Notes under the pieces: model-generated
Databases searched by the model: none
Seen by the model: only the letters and a program-made list of their open reading frames with translations
Told to the model about the DNA's origin: nothing
In this document: positions 33,531 to 46,634 of the stretch, one piece after another
Layout of the letters: every line of letters starts with the position of its first letter
Position numbering within the stretch: position 1 is the first letter of the stretch
Assembly (NCBI GenBank): GCA_010356995.1
Contig: ML996712.1
Coordinates: 75,204 to 139,203, forward strand
Source: Trichodelitschia bisporula
Taxonomy: Eukaryota
Reading direction: 5' to 3'
DNA length: 64,000 nt
Program-made: the position numbers and the translations under genes

Positions 33531-34454
33531 AGCTCTCTGCTTTCCACCCCATTGTCCACCACCCTCAGCCATTCTTCATCGGCTCACATGTCGTCCACTC
33601 AGCAAATGTGCTTTAGACCTGCATCCAGCCACCGGAAGGCAGTAAGTTTCTTGGCCGGATCGAAAGGTCATCGCATCGCGTCGCTTGTTCTGCTTCACTG
33701 TCAAGAACTCGGCTTGTGAGCAAGAGAGCAAAGAAATGAAAATGCTGGGGAGCGGTGGGGAAGTTCACGACCGGCATCGGAACAGTCTCCTCTCCGATCG
33801 TGCTTGTCGTCGTAGCCGTGTTCGTCATCCCGGTGGTGCGCATTTCTCATCCCAGTTCGTCTACTAGGTAGTCACATTCATATGCCACAGCTTAATCATG
33901 CTTTCCGTCGAACATTTTACTCGTTCCTGCTCCGTGGCCTGTCCGCTTGAGCTTGAGCTTGACAGCTGCCAGACTGGACGACTGGCAGCCATTGTAGGTA
34001 CCTCCTCCTATACTTCGTCAACTCCGTACAGCAATGCTATCTTCCGTATCCTGACCTCCAAATCAGCCCGTCATCCAGTGATCAAAGATGACATGCACCT
34101 CGTCCTGAACAAATCGTACACTCACGTCGCGCGCGTCCCGGCCCAGTCCAAGCAACATGCCGCAGTGCGAACCTCTTCTCATGCATTCAACATCACAATA
34201 TCTGCATCTCAAGAAATTCAACAACAAAGCCCCTAGTGTGCCGCCACCATGTAAATCAGACGCGCAACCGTCGTCTGCGCTAAATTACCCTAACCCGCGC
34301 CCGACGCTCAGACCCATGACGTACGCCACCAAGCTTGGCGAAACACCTGCAACACCACACGCGCCCCATCACCAGCTCTTTGTTTACACCCCGTGCCGCC
34401 TCCCCCCCAAAAACACACCACCCTCCGGCCTCATCCACCCCCAGAGGCAACAAG

Positions 34455-35923
34455 ATGTCCTCCCTCCTCGACTTCCTCCGCGCCCACGAGCCCGCCTTCC
34501 AAAGGTCCGCCACCCCTCCCCCTCCCCCCACAAGCTCTCATTCTCGTCCCTAGCTAACACAAGCAGCAAATCCCGCCTCGCATCCCTCTACTCCGACTTC
34601 CGCCACCAAAGCGCCACAAACCCCGACGGCTACGCCGCCAACATCGCAACCTGGCACCGCGCCCTCAGCGCTGCAACCCGCGCCGGCCTGCTCCCGGACG
34701 ACAACGGCGCGAGTTCCCCCTTCGTCCTCAGCACAGGCCCGGGTCTCGCGCGCGCGCTCGAGACGCGCGAGTGCGGTCGGCCGCTAGCGCTAGATGCCGT
34801 CATCGCGGACGCACTGGCGAAGAAAACCCTCCTCCCGGTCCCGGAATTTTTGAGTAGTAAAACAAGCATCTACGCCCGCGGCTGGGTGCCCTCGCCCTGG
34901 GACGTTCTCTCCTGGGCCGTGCGCGCCGCGGGTCTAGGCAGCGGGCCCAGCGTCACGGGCCGCTTTGTGGTACTTGAGAATCTGGAGGCCGCGCTTGCGG
35001 GGCTGCAAGCTCAGCTGAAGAATGCGGGGGAGGAGGTGCATTCGCTCGCGACGTTTGCGCGGGAGCATGGGGGGTTGCTTGGGGAGGGGGTGCTGCTGTC
35101 AAATGCGGATTTGCATATTCTGCTTACGTATTTGAGCCGCGATAAGCCGGTGCTTAGCTATGATGCTACCGCGGGGGTGGTCAAGCTCGCGCCGGCGCAT
35201 ACGACGCCTGTGCCGATTACGGAGGCGGATGTTAGTGTTGCGAATTTGCGGACGTTGCAGGCCGATTTGTCCGCGCAGATTTCGCCGCTGGAGGACCGGC
35301 TCACGGCGCTGGACGCGCGGGCTCGCGAACTAGTGGCGCAGAAAGCCAATACAGCGGCCTTGGCGGCATTGCGGAGTAAGAAGATGGTGGATAGCGCGCT
35401 GGCGAAACGGCGGGCGGCGCTGCACCAGGTTGAAGATGTGCTGGGGCAGATTGAGGCGGCGAGGGATAATGTGGCACTCGTGAAGGCGATGCGGGAGAGT
35501 GCAGCGGTGATCAAGGGGCTTAATGCGGAGGTTGGTGGGGTGGAGGGGGTGGAACGAGTGGTGGATGCGCTGAGGGAGCAAACTGAGGTCGTGGAGGATG
35601 TTACGCGTCTGGTTGGAGAGGTAGGGGCGGAGGGTGTGGATGCGGGGGATGTGGAGGAGGAATTTGAGGCGTTGGAGAGGGAGGAGAGGGAGAAGGTTGA
35701 GGCGGAGGAGAGGAGGGTGCGGAACGAGAAGGAGCAGAAGGAGGCGGCTGAGCGGGCGAGGCGTTTGGCTAATTTGGAGAACTATGAGGAGGAGCAGCGG
35801 GCGAAGGCAGAGGCTGAGAAGCAGACGGCTGAGGTAGAGAAGCCGCAGGGAAAGGAGAATGCCAGCCCAGCGGAGAAGGAGTTGGAGGAGATGGCGTCGT
35901 CGTTGGGCGCGCTGAATCTGTAA
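34455..35923 (+). CDS. CHMP7/Chm7-type ESCRT-II/III hybrid protein (Snf7 family); exons 34455-34504 and 34567-35923, ~468 aa
   Basis: N-terminal RLASLYSDF....NPDGY.ANI..W typical of CHMP7, and a C-terminal Snf7 coiled coil (ALAALRSKK...LGQIE.A..N...V). Intron GTCCGC...GCTAAC...CAG. Confidence 0.87.
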
Positions 35924-38900
35924 GCATTGATGGTCCTTGTGACGATTCTTGCGAGGCGTTGGGATAGATCGGTGGGCGGTTGGCACATATGGACTCGGTT
36001 ATTACTCTCGGTGCGTCTTTCAGGACGGCGTTGGTCATGATGTCTCGGACGGTACTAACACAGCCTTTATGTATCAATCTTGATGTTTGCTCTGCCCCGT
36101 TGCCGTTCGGTCCTACATATAGTAGTTCATCTCCCAGTGATGCCTGCTGTAGCGCTCAGCCTAGTGCGGGAGTGACTCCGTACCTCTCCCTTTAGATTCC
36201 CCGCAGCGCTGCGATGCTTTGTCGAAGGCACCGGACTTGCGGCAGTGCAGTCGAGTGGGACAGAGCATCACGCACTAGCCTTAGGCCATTCCACATCACG
36301 CACTGGACAGCCCCCCAAGTTCGACCCTCTATAGTAAGACTCCTTTCTTGAGCTGGCCACTGAAGACTGGGGTTTTTCGTAGTCTGAAAGGACGATCTTT
36401 TTGCTTCCTATGGCTCTTTTTGATCGTTGTGGTCTTGTGTGTTCGTTTATCGCTCTCTTTACACTTTCCTTGTCCTTTCCCAGACTGTCTGCAAATCCTC
36501 TTGCGTCAGGCACGCTGCCACTGTGCCGGCCTTTCCATTCGCTATCGGATTTCAATTGCTTCCTGAATGATCAGAAGTCTTTCAGACAGTGGGGAGCCAT
36601 GGTTGAGTCTTTCTTTGAAGTCCCTCCAGACGGCGTCGGGATGGGCTTCGAAGCCTAGCCTGGAGCGGCATGATACGTATGTGGCACACACTGCTTGAAG
36701 TTTATTGGATAGACATCCTTCATGTTTGGCTTCTTCTAAAACTCGGCTGGCTTATCACCCTGGACTCTTCCGTGCCGGCGAATTTGGCGTCACTATTGTC
36801 AAGCCACAGCACGTTGCCCGCAATGGAAGCAAAGGTTCGACACATGCAATGGGTACGGTGTGAAGCGAAAGCTTGATAGAAGGCGACGAAGAAAAGAGAG
36901 TCGAGAGACGCTCATGACTGTATACACGATGTGGCCAATATTCTCCCATGGTCCTTCCATCATGAGCTCGTCTTCATTTTCCTTTCCCAGCAATTCTCCT
37001 TCCTCCCCAGCGTGATAAATCCATCTGCCGCCCGCACCTTCGCTGCGTACAATGTCAAGTTAGTAAGGAAGAAGAGCTTCCTAGGCTTCGTCAAGTCGAC
37101 GAAGTAGAAGCCTCCCGTCCCCTCGCAGTAGGTCCTCTTGGCATTACAAATGGAGGCCAAGTGACGTACTGAAGGAGGCGAGCCGTTTTAAAAAGAGGCC
37201 GGTTTGGAATCATTGTGACTGTGATTCGTTTGCAGAGTTTGACCCAACGTATGCTGGGTGAGGCGACCAGCGCAGTGATGAGCGCGACAACCGCCCTTCG
37301 TTCCAGGATTCGCTGTCGGAAGGCCAAGTCGGGTCAGGGTTCGAGGCGCCTTAGGACTCCATGGCTGTTGCCCTGCTCCAGTCGGCTTTGTTGGGGTCGT
37401 TTTGGTCGGCTTCGCAGCCTCCTGGGAATCCGCATCGAATTCAGACGCCCCGTCACGGGCAACGTCTGGGACATCGAATGCACTGAATGAGTGTATGACT
37501 GAAAATACTGCTATGAAGAGGGAACGTGAAAGGTCTAGAACTGAAATGCAGGTGTGGGGTGGCAGTGGACCTGGGGCTTGGCACCGAGTGGCTGCATCAC
37601 GTGGTATGGTTCAGCAACGCACTGGCAGGGCCTGGCGTGCTGAGGCCATGGCACGCCCCGTCGTCAATGCGGTTGGCCTGGAAGTCTGTTAATAGGTACA
37701 TGGTTTGATCGTTCTTCTTGGGATGCTTACAGGAACGTGAACCATATGACCATTTCCGTGTGACGATTGCAGCCACACCTTGTCCTCAATAATTGAGGAA
37801 TAACAGCAACGGGGCGCAGGAGCCCAGTTCGCATGACTGCTGGGCTGAAAGGCCAAGTCCCTCGCCTTCACTCCAAATGGAGTGGCCGCTCGCCTCGCTT
37901 TCTTGAAATGAGAAACCAGAGATATGGGATGCCATGAAGTAGGTACTACGCCTTGACTCTGCGATAACTCTGAGGCGGCGTATGCAGTCAATGGTGCCCC
38001 TAAGGACGCGGTTATTGGACTCCAGTTCTCGAATTTTGCGATGCTTCCCTCGGGAGAAGGAGATTCGCAGCCGGCGGAAGTCCCACGCCCAAGGGCGCTT
38101 TTCTAGAGTCTCGATCCAATTCGCCTAACAGGCGATGTCAGCTGGCAACCCTCCGCATACATAGAGCGAGGCACTTACTCCGTCTTACGAGGCCCCTCGT
38201 CTGAAGAGATTAATAGCTCCCGCCCTCAGGGCTTCGCTATTACTTCGGCCTAGAGCTTCTCGCACTCGGCCCTCCACTCGTTACGGCGCTTTCGCAGATG
38301 TTTCTTTTTCTTCGCAAGCTAGTCCCTCTCGCCCTCGACCCTCGCAATCGTTTAGAGACGCTCGTCTATAATTTCCTATGGTGCAGCCAGCTCTAAGTTC
38401 CGCATCTCGACGAGCGCTGCGTCTGCCTGAGCATTTTCAACCCTTCTTCTGGAACGTCTGGTTCCCAGGATGAGCAGTAAAGGACGTGTCGTCGGGATGC
38501 TCATAGATGAAGTGTGCAGCTGGAGGGCTGTTGCAGAGACGTGAAAAGCCATCTTATGGCGAGCTTTGGTATGGAAGTTGAATGATGGAGATGATGGATG
38601 TTTGAGTGATGAAGTTGAATGATGGAGACGATGGATGGTTTGAGTGATGAGTCTGCGTTCTGTGATGGAGAAAAAAAGATTTCGATTTCGGAGACGAAGT
38701 GCGGGCCTAAATACCCAACGCCCTGCGTCATCTTCCTTCCAACGGTAGGTACGACGGACACTCCGCAATCGGGCCCTTCTCGTTGGGAAGGGACGAGCAA
38801 GTTTCGTCATTAGGGGGGAGTGGGAGAGGAAGGCGCGAGGGAGAGGCTCCCTGCGGACTTATGAAGGAGGGTACAGCGGAGAAACATGACGATATTGAGC

Positions 38901-39361
38901 TCCTCTGTTACTTCCTCATAAAGGAATGGTGCGGGGTAATACCACCATGGCGTGGGCGGAGTGCGAGGAGCTCTGTCTTCAGAAGAGGGTCTGCCCGCGG
39001 CGCTCTTCAACGGAGGAGGCGCGTCCCACGGCCGTGACGCCGCCTTCAGTGCCTAGTTGAGAGTCGTTGAGAACATTGAGGACATTGTGATGCTATCACG
39101 GACCGTGGACACGCCTGAGAGACGGGAATATCCTGGAGGTATGTGAGCCTAGTGTGAGTGTGGTCTGTACGGCGTGAGCATCGCCACGAAGCAATCCAAG
39201 CAATCCGAAAGTCAAAGAGCAGCCTAAAGCCGTGAAAGACGCCGTAAAATTGCAATAGACATCTTCGCAAAGCGATACAAACTCCACCTTCAACGCCCGT
39301 TCTCCCACGGTCATCTCTGAGGCTGTCCGATAACCACGCCCACAACCCATCGCAGCACTCC

Positions 39362-40861
39362 TCACGCCCCCCTCCCCCTCCCCCTCCCCCTCCCCCTCTC
39401 CCCAACCGCCCACCCCTCCATCTTTTTCGCCAACAAAACACACCTCCTATCCACCAATCTCCAAAACAAATCCGCCGCCCAAATCGTCGCAGCAGTCACA
39501 ATCTCCGTAGCCAGCAACCAGCCCACCTCCTTCCCAAGCATGTCCTCAGGCCGACGACGCGTCCACGTCATCCGCCACATCGCCGGCACAATCCAGAAGC
39601 CGAGCATATGGACCACGGGGCAGTGGACGAGGTACAGGGCGTAGGAAATGCGGCCGAGGTATACGGCGTAGCGGGAGGTGAAGATGCTCCGCAAGGCGTT
39701 CGTGCCGATTGAGGATGTCGCGTACACGGTGAGTAGTGCTCCGAGGCAGTGCGGGAAGCGCCACGATTCACCGTGCCAGAAACTGGGATTGAGGTGGCGT
39801 AAAATGAACTTATAGCCCGGGGCGGTGCTAGCGTGACCATAGTCCGGGACCGATAGCAGATGCAAGCCAGCGACGAAAAGCGCGCCCTTGAAGAAATCGC
39901 TCCTCGTCCGCCGCGGCGGTAAACTGATCCCAAACCTAGCCGGCGATGGCGGGGCCGCCGATTCTTCAAGCATCTTAAGCTGCGCCAGCGACGTCCCCGC
40001 AAAAAGCAACCACGCCTCCCAGCAAAACGAGAAGTAGCAGTACACCACCATGCCCACAAGCCCCACAAGCCTCATCCGCGGCGCCAGCCGCGCAAAGCTC
40101 ACCAGCGTCGCGAACAGGACGATGGAGCTGCGGAACTCGACTGGCAGGGTTCAGAGGTGCACATCGTACGGGTAGTTTTGCGGCGACCAGGCGTTGACCC
40201 AGTTCCAGGTTGCGGACAGCCAGTCGGAGAATTGCGTGCTGAAGGGGTCTTTGCGCCACGTTGGTGGTTGTGGCTCTTTGAAGCCGGGCATGTCTTGGTC
40301 TTTGAATACGGCGTGGCCTCTGTCGTACAGGCCGGCGGAGATTCAGAGCATGACGATGAATGTCGATACCACGCCCGGCAGGAAGAGGCGCTTTGCACGT
40401 CGGAAGATGGCTGAGCTTAGGCGCTGCAGACATGCGTCGTGGGACTGCTGGTGAAAGGCGCAGAGGGGCGCCCAGGATAAGGCACAGCTTGAAATGATGA
40501 AGAACAAGGTCACCATGGCGGGACCAGCTGTCATAAGGTGCAGAATCGGGATCTGTGTGATGGCGAAGTGGCGCTCGTCTGTGCCGAAGCCGACCTAGAG
40601 GCTTGAGTGTGTCGCAGCAGTGAAGTGGCGGATATACACTATGAAGGATGCATACCCTCGCATGCCATCAAGCCATGCCGTGGGCGTAGGAACGATCTCT
40701 TCATACGTGTTTGGCTGCAGGAAGCTGGGAAGGAAGGCGGCGGCGGCGCTTATTGCCGTCAGGAGCAGCCTGGCGAAGGGCGAGGCATATGAGGACGGTA
40801 GATCCTTCTCGAGGTCCAGGAATGGATCTGCCTCCACGGGGGATGGAGGATCGAGTCGCAT
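39362..40861 (-). pseudogene. Acyltransferase-3 (membrane O-acyltransferase) with three in-frame stop codons
   Basis: A single frame contains WLDGMRG, GPAMVTLFFIIS, FRRAKRL, HL*TLPVE and YLGRISYALYLVH. Stops are TAG 40595-40597, TGA 40343-40345 and TGA 40151-40153. Confidence 0.85.
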
Positions 40862-41993
40862 GGTTGACGAGGAGAGATGGCTTTTCGAGGTAAAGAATGG
40901 CTGAGTCTGAGATCGAAACCGCAGATAGACGAGACGTGACCACGGCGGTTAGCCATGCAGTGGGGAATGGGCATTATACAGGGCGCCTTGTTGACTTCAT
41001 TCCGACGCGCCGTTGCGGAATGTAAAGTGGAGAGTGGATAAGCGGATTGGCAACACGCGCGGATTCCACTCGGTGGAAGCCAGCTTCATCCTGAGATCCA
41101 ATGCGGGCTCTCGCTTCCACGACATCAGAGCATGATGAGAGCCTCAGTCATCACCAAGATGCAATATGGTAGCCAAATCGAAATTTTGGTTAACATAGTA
41201 TCTCCATCGGCCTCGATGCCCCAAGACGCGTTGATATTGTACCACCAAGCTCAGAATGTGGCCACTTTTGTACGATATGGCGATCGAGAGGAATCACACT
41301 CTAGAACAGGCGGTGTTGACCCTGGGACATTACTCGGACGCTCAATGAGGACAAGTACGGATGTACCGGGTGAAGCCATGATGGACAATCTGCTAGGAGT
41401 TATTGGCATGGCATTTGTGGATGAAATATGAGCATGCAGCGAGGCTTTTCGATGGAGATGCTGTCACGAATGTCGTTGGCAAGACCCTTGACAGCGGAAC
41501 CGCCCGTACCGCGGTTACCGCCAGCGCACTGTTCATCTGAGCGGCAAGCGCACTCACCAGAGTTCTCCGCAATGACACAACACTTACTGATCATCAGGGA
41601 AAAATTCTGTATACATTGCGCGGGACTCGATACAACTCCGCGGTGAAGGATGAGCTGGTACCGCGATTTCAATGTTCCAGTGCTTAGTTCTAATGAGTTG
41701 AACCTCCCATTCTTACTCCATCTCCCTTGCAAATTCTGGCCTCAATGATGACGGATATGTAGCTGGAAAAAGTGTTCTAAAATGACAGGCTTGAGATTTT
41801 TAATCCATTTCACGCAGAACCTCGACGGCTGGCCGAACCACTAGAGGTGACATGATTGAGGATTCATATCTTGGTCTTTAGAGCAATGAATGTGATTTCC
41901 ACTTGCCGTCACGCCTACCTGCATTGGGAGCTCCGTCATAACTGCTAGCCAGCTCCATCAACCGTCAACTACACTCGGTCAGTCTGCTCGTCC

Positions 41994-43325
41994 CTAAAGC
42001 CCATCAATCCTCCCCTCACTCGCAAACGCCGCAACAACATTAGCGAGCTGTATCCGCGCCTCCTCATCCATGATGTTCCACCGCCCCACAATCTCCACCT
42101 GCACGTTATCCTCAGGGTTCCTCAACCCAAACTCCAACCGCAGCATCGTCTCAACCCTAACATCCACCCTGAGGAGCACCACATCCGCCATCCTCACCGA
42201 GAACAGGAACTGCTTATCCCACTTCTCGGGGCCAAGCTGCAACCCCTCCCTCCCGGCCGCGGCAACCCTCGCCTCCTCCCTCGCAATTGCCAGCAAAGCC
42301 GCCGTCTCCTCCGCATACGTCCCACGCGGGTTCTTCGGCTCAAGCACCCAGACCCGTCGGCCATCCGTCCACGCCGGCCGAAACGAACTATGATAGAACT
42401 TGAACCTCAGCGGCAATCCCCCTTTACGGACCGGGCAGTACCGCGCGCCATGCCGCCGGAAATATAGCTCCAACAGCCTCGTCACGTATGCCGTGGTATG
42501 TATCGCGAGGAAGCTCGCCACGGCGCGTGCGTTGTATGGCTGCCCCGAGTTCACGAGGTCCGTTGCGGCGGTAATGGCGGCGAGTGGGCGGGCGGTTGAT
42601 TGCAAAGCGCGGCGGAAGACGGCGCGGCGCGTGTGTACGCTTACGCTGGACAGGAGTAGCCCGTCGGACTTCGTGGGGGCTCCGGGGGAGATCAGAACGC
42701 GGGCTTCGGCCCAAGGGATTTGCGTAGGCGTGGTGAGGGGGCGAGCGGCGTGAGTAATGCGGGCGCGGATGTGGATGAGGTGTGTTCTGGACCAGCGGTC
42801 GGGGCGCACGGAGAAGGAACTCTGGAGGCGGGGGGGTGGGATGATTTCCGTCTTGGATGATATGTGTGTGCCCCAGAGGCCGAGGACCGGGCCGTTGGGT
42901 GGGTAGAAGGAGGGGTTGATGTCGACGACGTCGTCATCGGTGGTGTCGGCGGGGTAGAAGAGGGAATCGACGTCGTTGACTGCCGTGTTGATGTCGGGCA
43001 TCAGACTGTCGAGGGAGTAGAGTGGCGGGTCGACTTCCTCGCCCGTGCTAATGTCCGTGAAGCAGGTCGCGTCGTGCTCGGTGACGAGGCCCAGGCCGAG
43101 ACCGGTGGTCTCGCCAAGCATGTCGTCGAGCATGTCGGCGTCGACGTTGCCGTTCATGGCTTCGGTGAGCTTATGGAGTAGTGCTGAAGAGCGTGAGTGG
43201 ATGTTCTCGTTTATGATGGCGTTCTGTGCTGCCTCGAGGAGCGAGGCTTCGATTTGGGGGTCTGCGAGCTCGTCTTCGGTTTCCTCCGGCTCGATGGGCG
43301 AGGCCATTCCATCGAGATAAGACAT
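41994..43325 (-). CDS. Hypothetical protein (443 aa): acidic N-terminus and globular C-terminal domain
   Basis: Long ORF with high GC3 codon usage. No family recognised. Confidence 0.7.
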   Translation of the reverse strand: MSYLDGMASPIEPEETEDELADPQIEASLLEAAQNAIINENIHSRSSALLHKLTEAMNGNVDADMLDDMLGETTGLGLGLVTEHDATCFTDISTGEEVDPPLYSLDSLMPDINTAVNDVDSLFYPADTTDDDVVDINPSFYPPNGPVLGLWGTHISSKTEIIPPPRLQSSFSVRPDRWSRTHLIHIRARITHAARPLTTPTQIPWAEARVLISPGAPTKSDGLLLSSVSVHTRRAVFRRALQSTARPLAAITAATDLVNSGQPYNARAVASFLAIHTTAYVTRLLELYFRRHGARYCPVRKGGLPLRFKFYHSSFRPAWTDGRRVWVLEPKNPRGTYAEETAALLAIAREEARVAAAGREGLQLGPEKWDKQFLFSVRMADVVLLRVDVRVETMLRLEFGLRNPEDNVQVEIVGRWNIMDEEARIQLANVVAAFASEGRIDGL

Positions 43326-43931
43326 CCGGCTACGCAGAGCGCAGCAAGGAAGATGCTATATGGAACAGTTTGACGGAAGGGGAGCGCGTGAGGGATTTGG
43401 AAGAGGGCGTGCTCGATATACGGAAAACGAAGAATTGCGACGTCTGCAATGGCAAACGGGCCTATATGCGTGGAGACGGTTAATACGGAAGCAGAACGTT
43501 ATAAGAATTACCTGTTGCTTCCACAAGCTCGAAAAATGAGAGTGAGTAATGGGTGCGATGTAGAGATGATGCAGAGTTGGAGGATGTTGAAGAGATGTAG
43601 TGGGATTCACGATGACTTCGCGCTCCTTCCTCCTCAGTCGCCCCCACACCCCCGGTGGATTCCAAGGCAAACGCTGAGCATCAACAGAACTCACATCACG
43701 ACCCATCTCGGACAAAAGTCATGATCAGAAAAATGTTCGCTATACGCTCAACCTACAACCTGGTATGATGTACAACTACACGCCCCCTGACACCAGAGCG
43801 TTACCAAATCTTCAAACGAGAGACCGACAACCAAAAGCCATATCTATCTCAATAAGTCAAGCCATTCGTATCAAAAGTGCCTACCCACCGTCATAACCCC
43901 AGAAACCCCAAACGCCGCCAAACGCTATCCC

Positions 43932-46634
43932 TCAATGGCGCCCATGCGCTCTCCGATGAGCTGGCGCCTTCGCAGGCGCCTTGACCTTGGCTGGGGGCTT
44001 CGCATGCAGCTTCGGCGCGGGATGATCGCCCGTCTTTGGGATAGCATTAGCACCCGTCTTGGCCTTGTCCTCGATCTTCGCATTCTCAGCCTCCGCCTCC
44101 TCATACGTCATCTCCTCCGCCTCCTCCGCCACCTCCGGCACCATCTCCTCGATCTCCTCCTCCATGGGCCGGCGGCTCCCACCCACGATCCCCACCTCCG
44201 GCAGATCCTTGAATGGCACTGGTTGGCCCAGCAAAGGCGCGTTTGTCTTGAGCAGGTCGTAGTGTAGCCGCGTCGTTTCCCAGTTCAGGTAGTCGAGTTT
44301 GTGGCCGCACCGCTTTTGCGCGAGTTCGCCGGGCTTGACGCCGCTGTCGCAGCATCCCCCCCAGCAGTCGGACCAGCGGTATATGACGGAGCGCGAGGGG
44401 TGGGGGGAGTAGGTCCGGTCGATGATGTTCCAGAGGGTTGGGATGGCGATTTCGTGCATGATGCGCGCGGAGGCGATGATGGTTGATAGGTGCTGGAAGT
44501 CGGCGAAGAAGCGGCGCGGGAGGTAGTACATGTCGCTCCAGCTGGGAGAGGGTTAGCCCTGTACGAAAGCTTTAGGTCAGTAAGGTTAACTCACCCTACA
44601 CAGAACTGCTCTGGGTCGACGTCGTAGTTCGGCAGATAGCTCTTGATCACGGTACTCGCCATCTTCGCGCGCTCGTGCTCCTTCGCGCCGAACCACATCC
44701 AATCCGGCACCCATTCCTTGACGTCGCGCATGCAGAGGTACGGAATGCTTCCTTTGTCCAGTACCCAGAGCTTGTCCATGGGCATGTCGTGGAAGCTGAG
44801 CGGCTCAACCCACGCGTCGAAATGAAAGAACAGCAGGCCCTCAACATCGTCATACGCCGGATCTTCGAGAATCAGCTTCATAGTCGCGCGCACAGGGTCA
44901 TAAATGATAAACGAGTCATCGCAGTAGTCACGCTCAATGGTAGTCTCGTTACCCAGGTGGCCACTTTCCGGCATGCTGATGTGAATCGAGTGGAAGTACG
45001 GCGAATACCCCTCATACAGCGTCTCCACGCGCTTCGGCAGATCGGCATTAAGCCGGATGAAAGCCATGGTGTTCTTAAACGGCGACTCGAAGACCGGCAC
45101 CACCGGCTCCGGCTCAACGTACTCGACAATCGGCATCGTCGCGTTCGTAAAGTCCGTGTCTAGGACTGGTGGCTCCGAGGCGTTCGGGGCGGGGATCATG
45201 TGCGTGCGCCAGTAGGTCAGCATGCCGATGAGCACAAAGGCCATGCCAACCGCGATCGCGAGGCCGACTTTGCGGAAGATGCCATGAGGGGAGAGCGAGG
45301 TCATGAGGCGTGAGAAGAAGCTGCGCTCTGCGGGCACCTCGGCGGGGGTTAGGGTTGCTTGAGCGGGTGGCTTGGGCGTGGCCTCCATGTAGAGCCAGGT
45401 GGCGAGGAAGACGGTGAGCGTGCCGGGGATGACAAGGAAGGAGAAGTTGATGTTGAAGAGGATGGGCGAGATGTAGAGCAGGATGGCGGTGGAGATGGCT
45501 GTGGCGAAGCACTTGATCAGGGCGTCGGCATCTGGATGGTTAGTTTTCCGTTTCGCTTCAGGTTCGAGGCTGAAAACTCACACTTGTAGACCGCAGTCAT
45601 GGCCAGGCCGACGAACACGTTGCTGATGATCACCATCACGGCTCCGAGGTTGGCGTATCCCGTGAAGAAGCCCGGCTCATCCGCATTGATGAAGCGAATC
45701 ACAACGTGGACAACAAGGTTGATAATGCACCCAGCCGCATACAGCGTCATGTTCATAACATGCAGCGACCCATCCACGCTCTTGCACAGCTTCTGGTTGT
45801 ACACGCTCGACACCGCGCTGAGCGTCGTCTGGAACACGAGCAGCAAGTACGTCGACAACGGGTACGTAGCACCGCCATTAGGCCCGTACTGCGTGACCAC
45901 GATACCACACACCTGCAGCACGATGGCAATCCACTGCCCGCCGACGATCTTGGTCCCCAGCGCGAAGATCATGACTACGGCAGTGATGAGCGTGGTGCCG
46001 GACTTGATTAGCTGGATGGTGCCCGGGTCGGCCAGGCGGAAGAGCACGAAGATCTAGTCCCGTTAATTGCGTTCGTCGAAAGGCGGATGCGCGTGCTTAC
46101 GGTGTTGTTGATAATGACGTAGAACAGCGCGAGATGCACGAAGCCATACCGCGTCTCCGCGGGGATTTCTTCCCTCACCGCGGCCATGAAACCCGCGGCG
46201 TCGAATCTGCGCACCGGCGCGGACTGTGTCTGGCTAGGCGTGGCGAGGAAGTCCTCCTCCTCTAGCAGCCGCGAAGAACTGCTCTCGGCGTCGTTTTCAT
46301 CGTCCTTGAACGCGGCGGGCGTCTCCTTGATCTCGATGTCCGGCTCCTGGGCGACTTCGGCGTAGGTCCGCTTTTTCCACTCGCGGAAGAAGAGATACGT
46401 GGAGAGCAGGAACTTGAGGAGTTCGGAGATGGTGACGGAGGACGAGGCTGAGAAGGCATATCTGGGTTCGTTAGTTCGGCGTTTTCTGATCAAGTTCCGT
46501 ATAGCTCACCGTCCGTTGGTCTGCGAGGCTTTGTATAGCAGACCGATGCTGACCTGGATCGCAACGAGTGCAAGAGCAGCCGCGTACGCGGGGCTCAGGC
46601 TCGACACCAGAGCCTTCACGTTAAGAAGCCTCAT
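43932..46634 (-). CDS. Nucleotide-sugar transporter (SLC35A-like) fused to a TM helix and a STELLO/DUF288-like luminal domain; 5 exons, ~834 aa
   Basis: Exons are 46634-46510, 46461-46101, 46053-45582, 45531-44595 and 44541-43932 (2505 nt, all introns GT-AG with branch sites). NST motifs: SVTISELLK, LFYVIINN, DPGTIQL.K, QW.A, VYKYADALIK. The frame continues without a stop into GLLFFHFDAW...DKLWVLDK...WSDMYYLPRRFFADF...HEIAIPT. Confidence 0.85.

Noticed and set aside
32780..33719. Several long ORFs (poly-KM, poly-ED, poly-HL/HP) over the microsatellite
   Set aside because: They are artefacts of stop-free simple repeats spanning an N gap.
34157..34454. N-terminal extension of the 588-aa ORF call
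   Set aside because: The real start is better explained by ATG 34455 plus intron 34505-34566; the extension is read-through of UTR and intron.
36250..38500. Possible gene(s) on the minus strand
   Set aside because: Only short frame-broken ORFs with no recognisable motif; possibly a relic, but not supportable.
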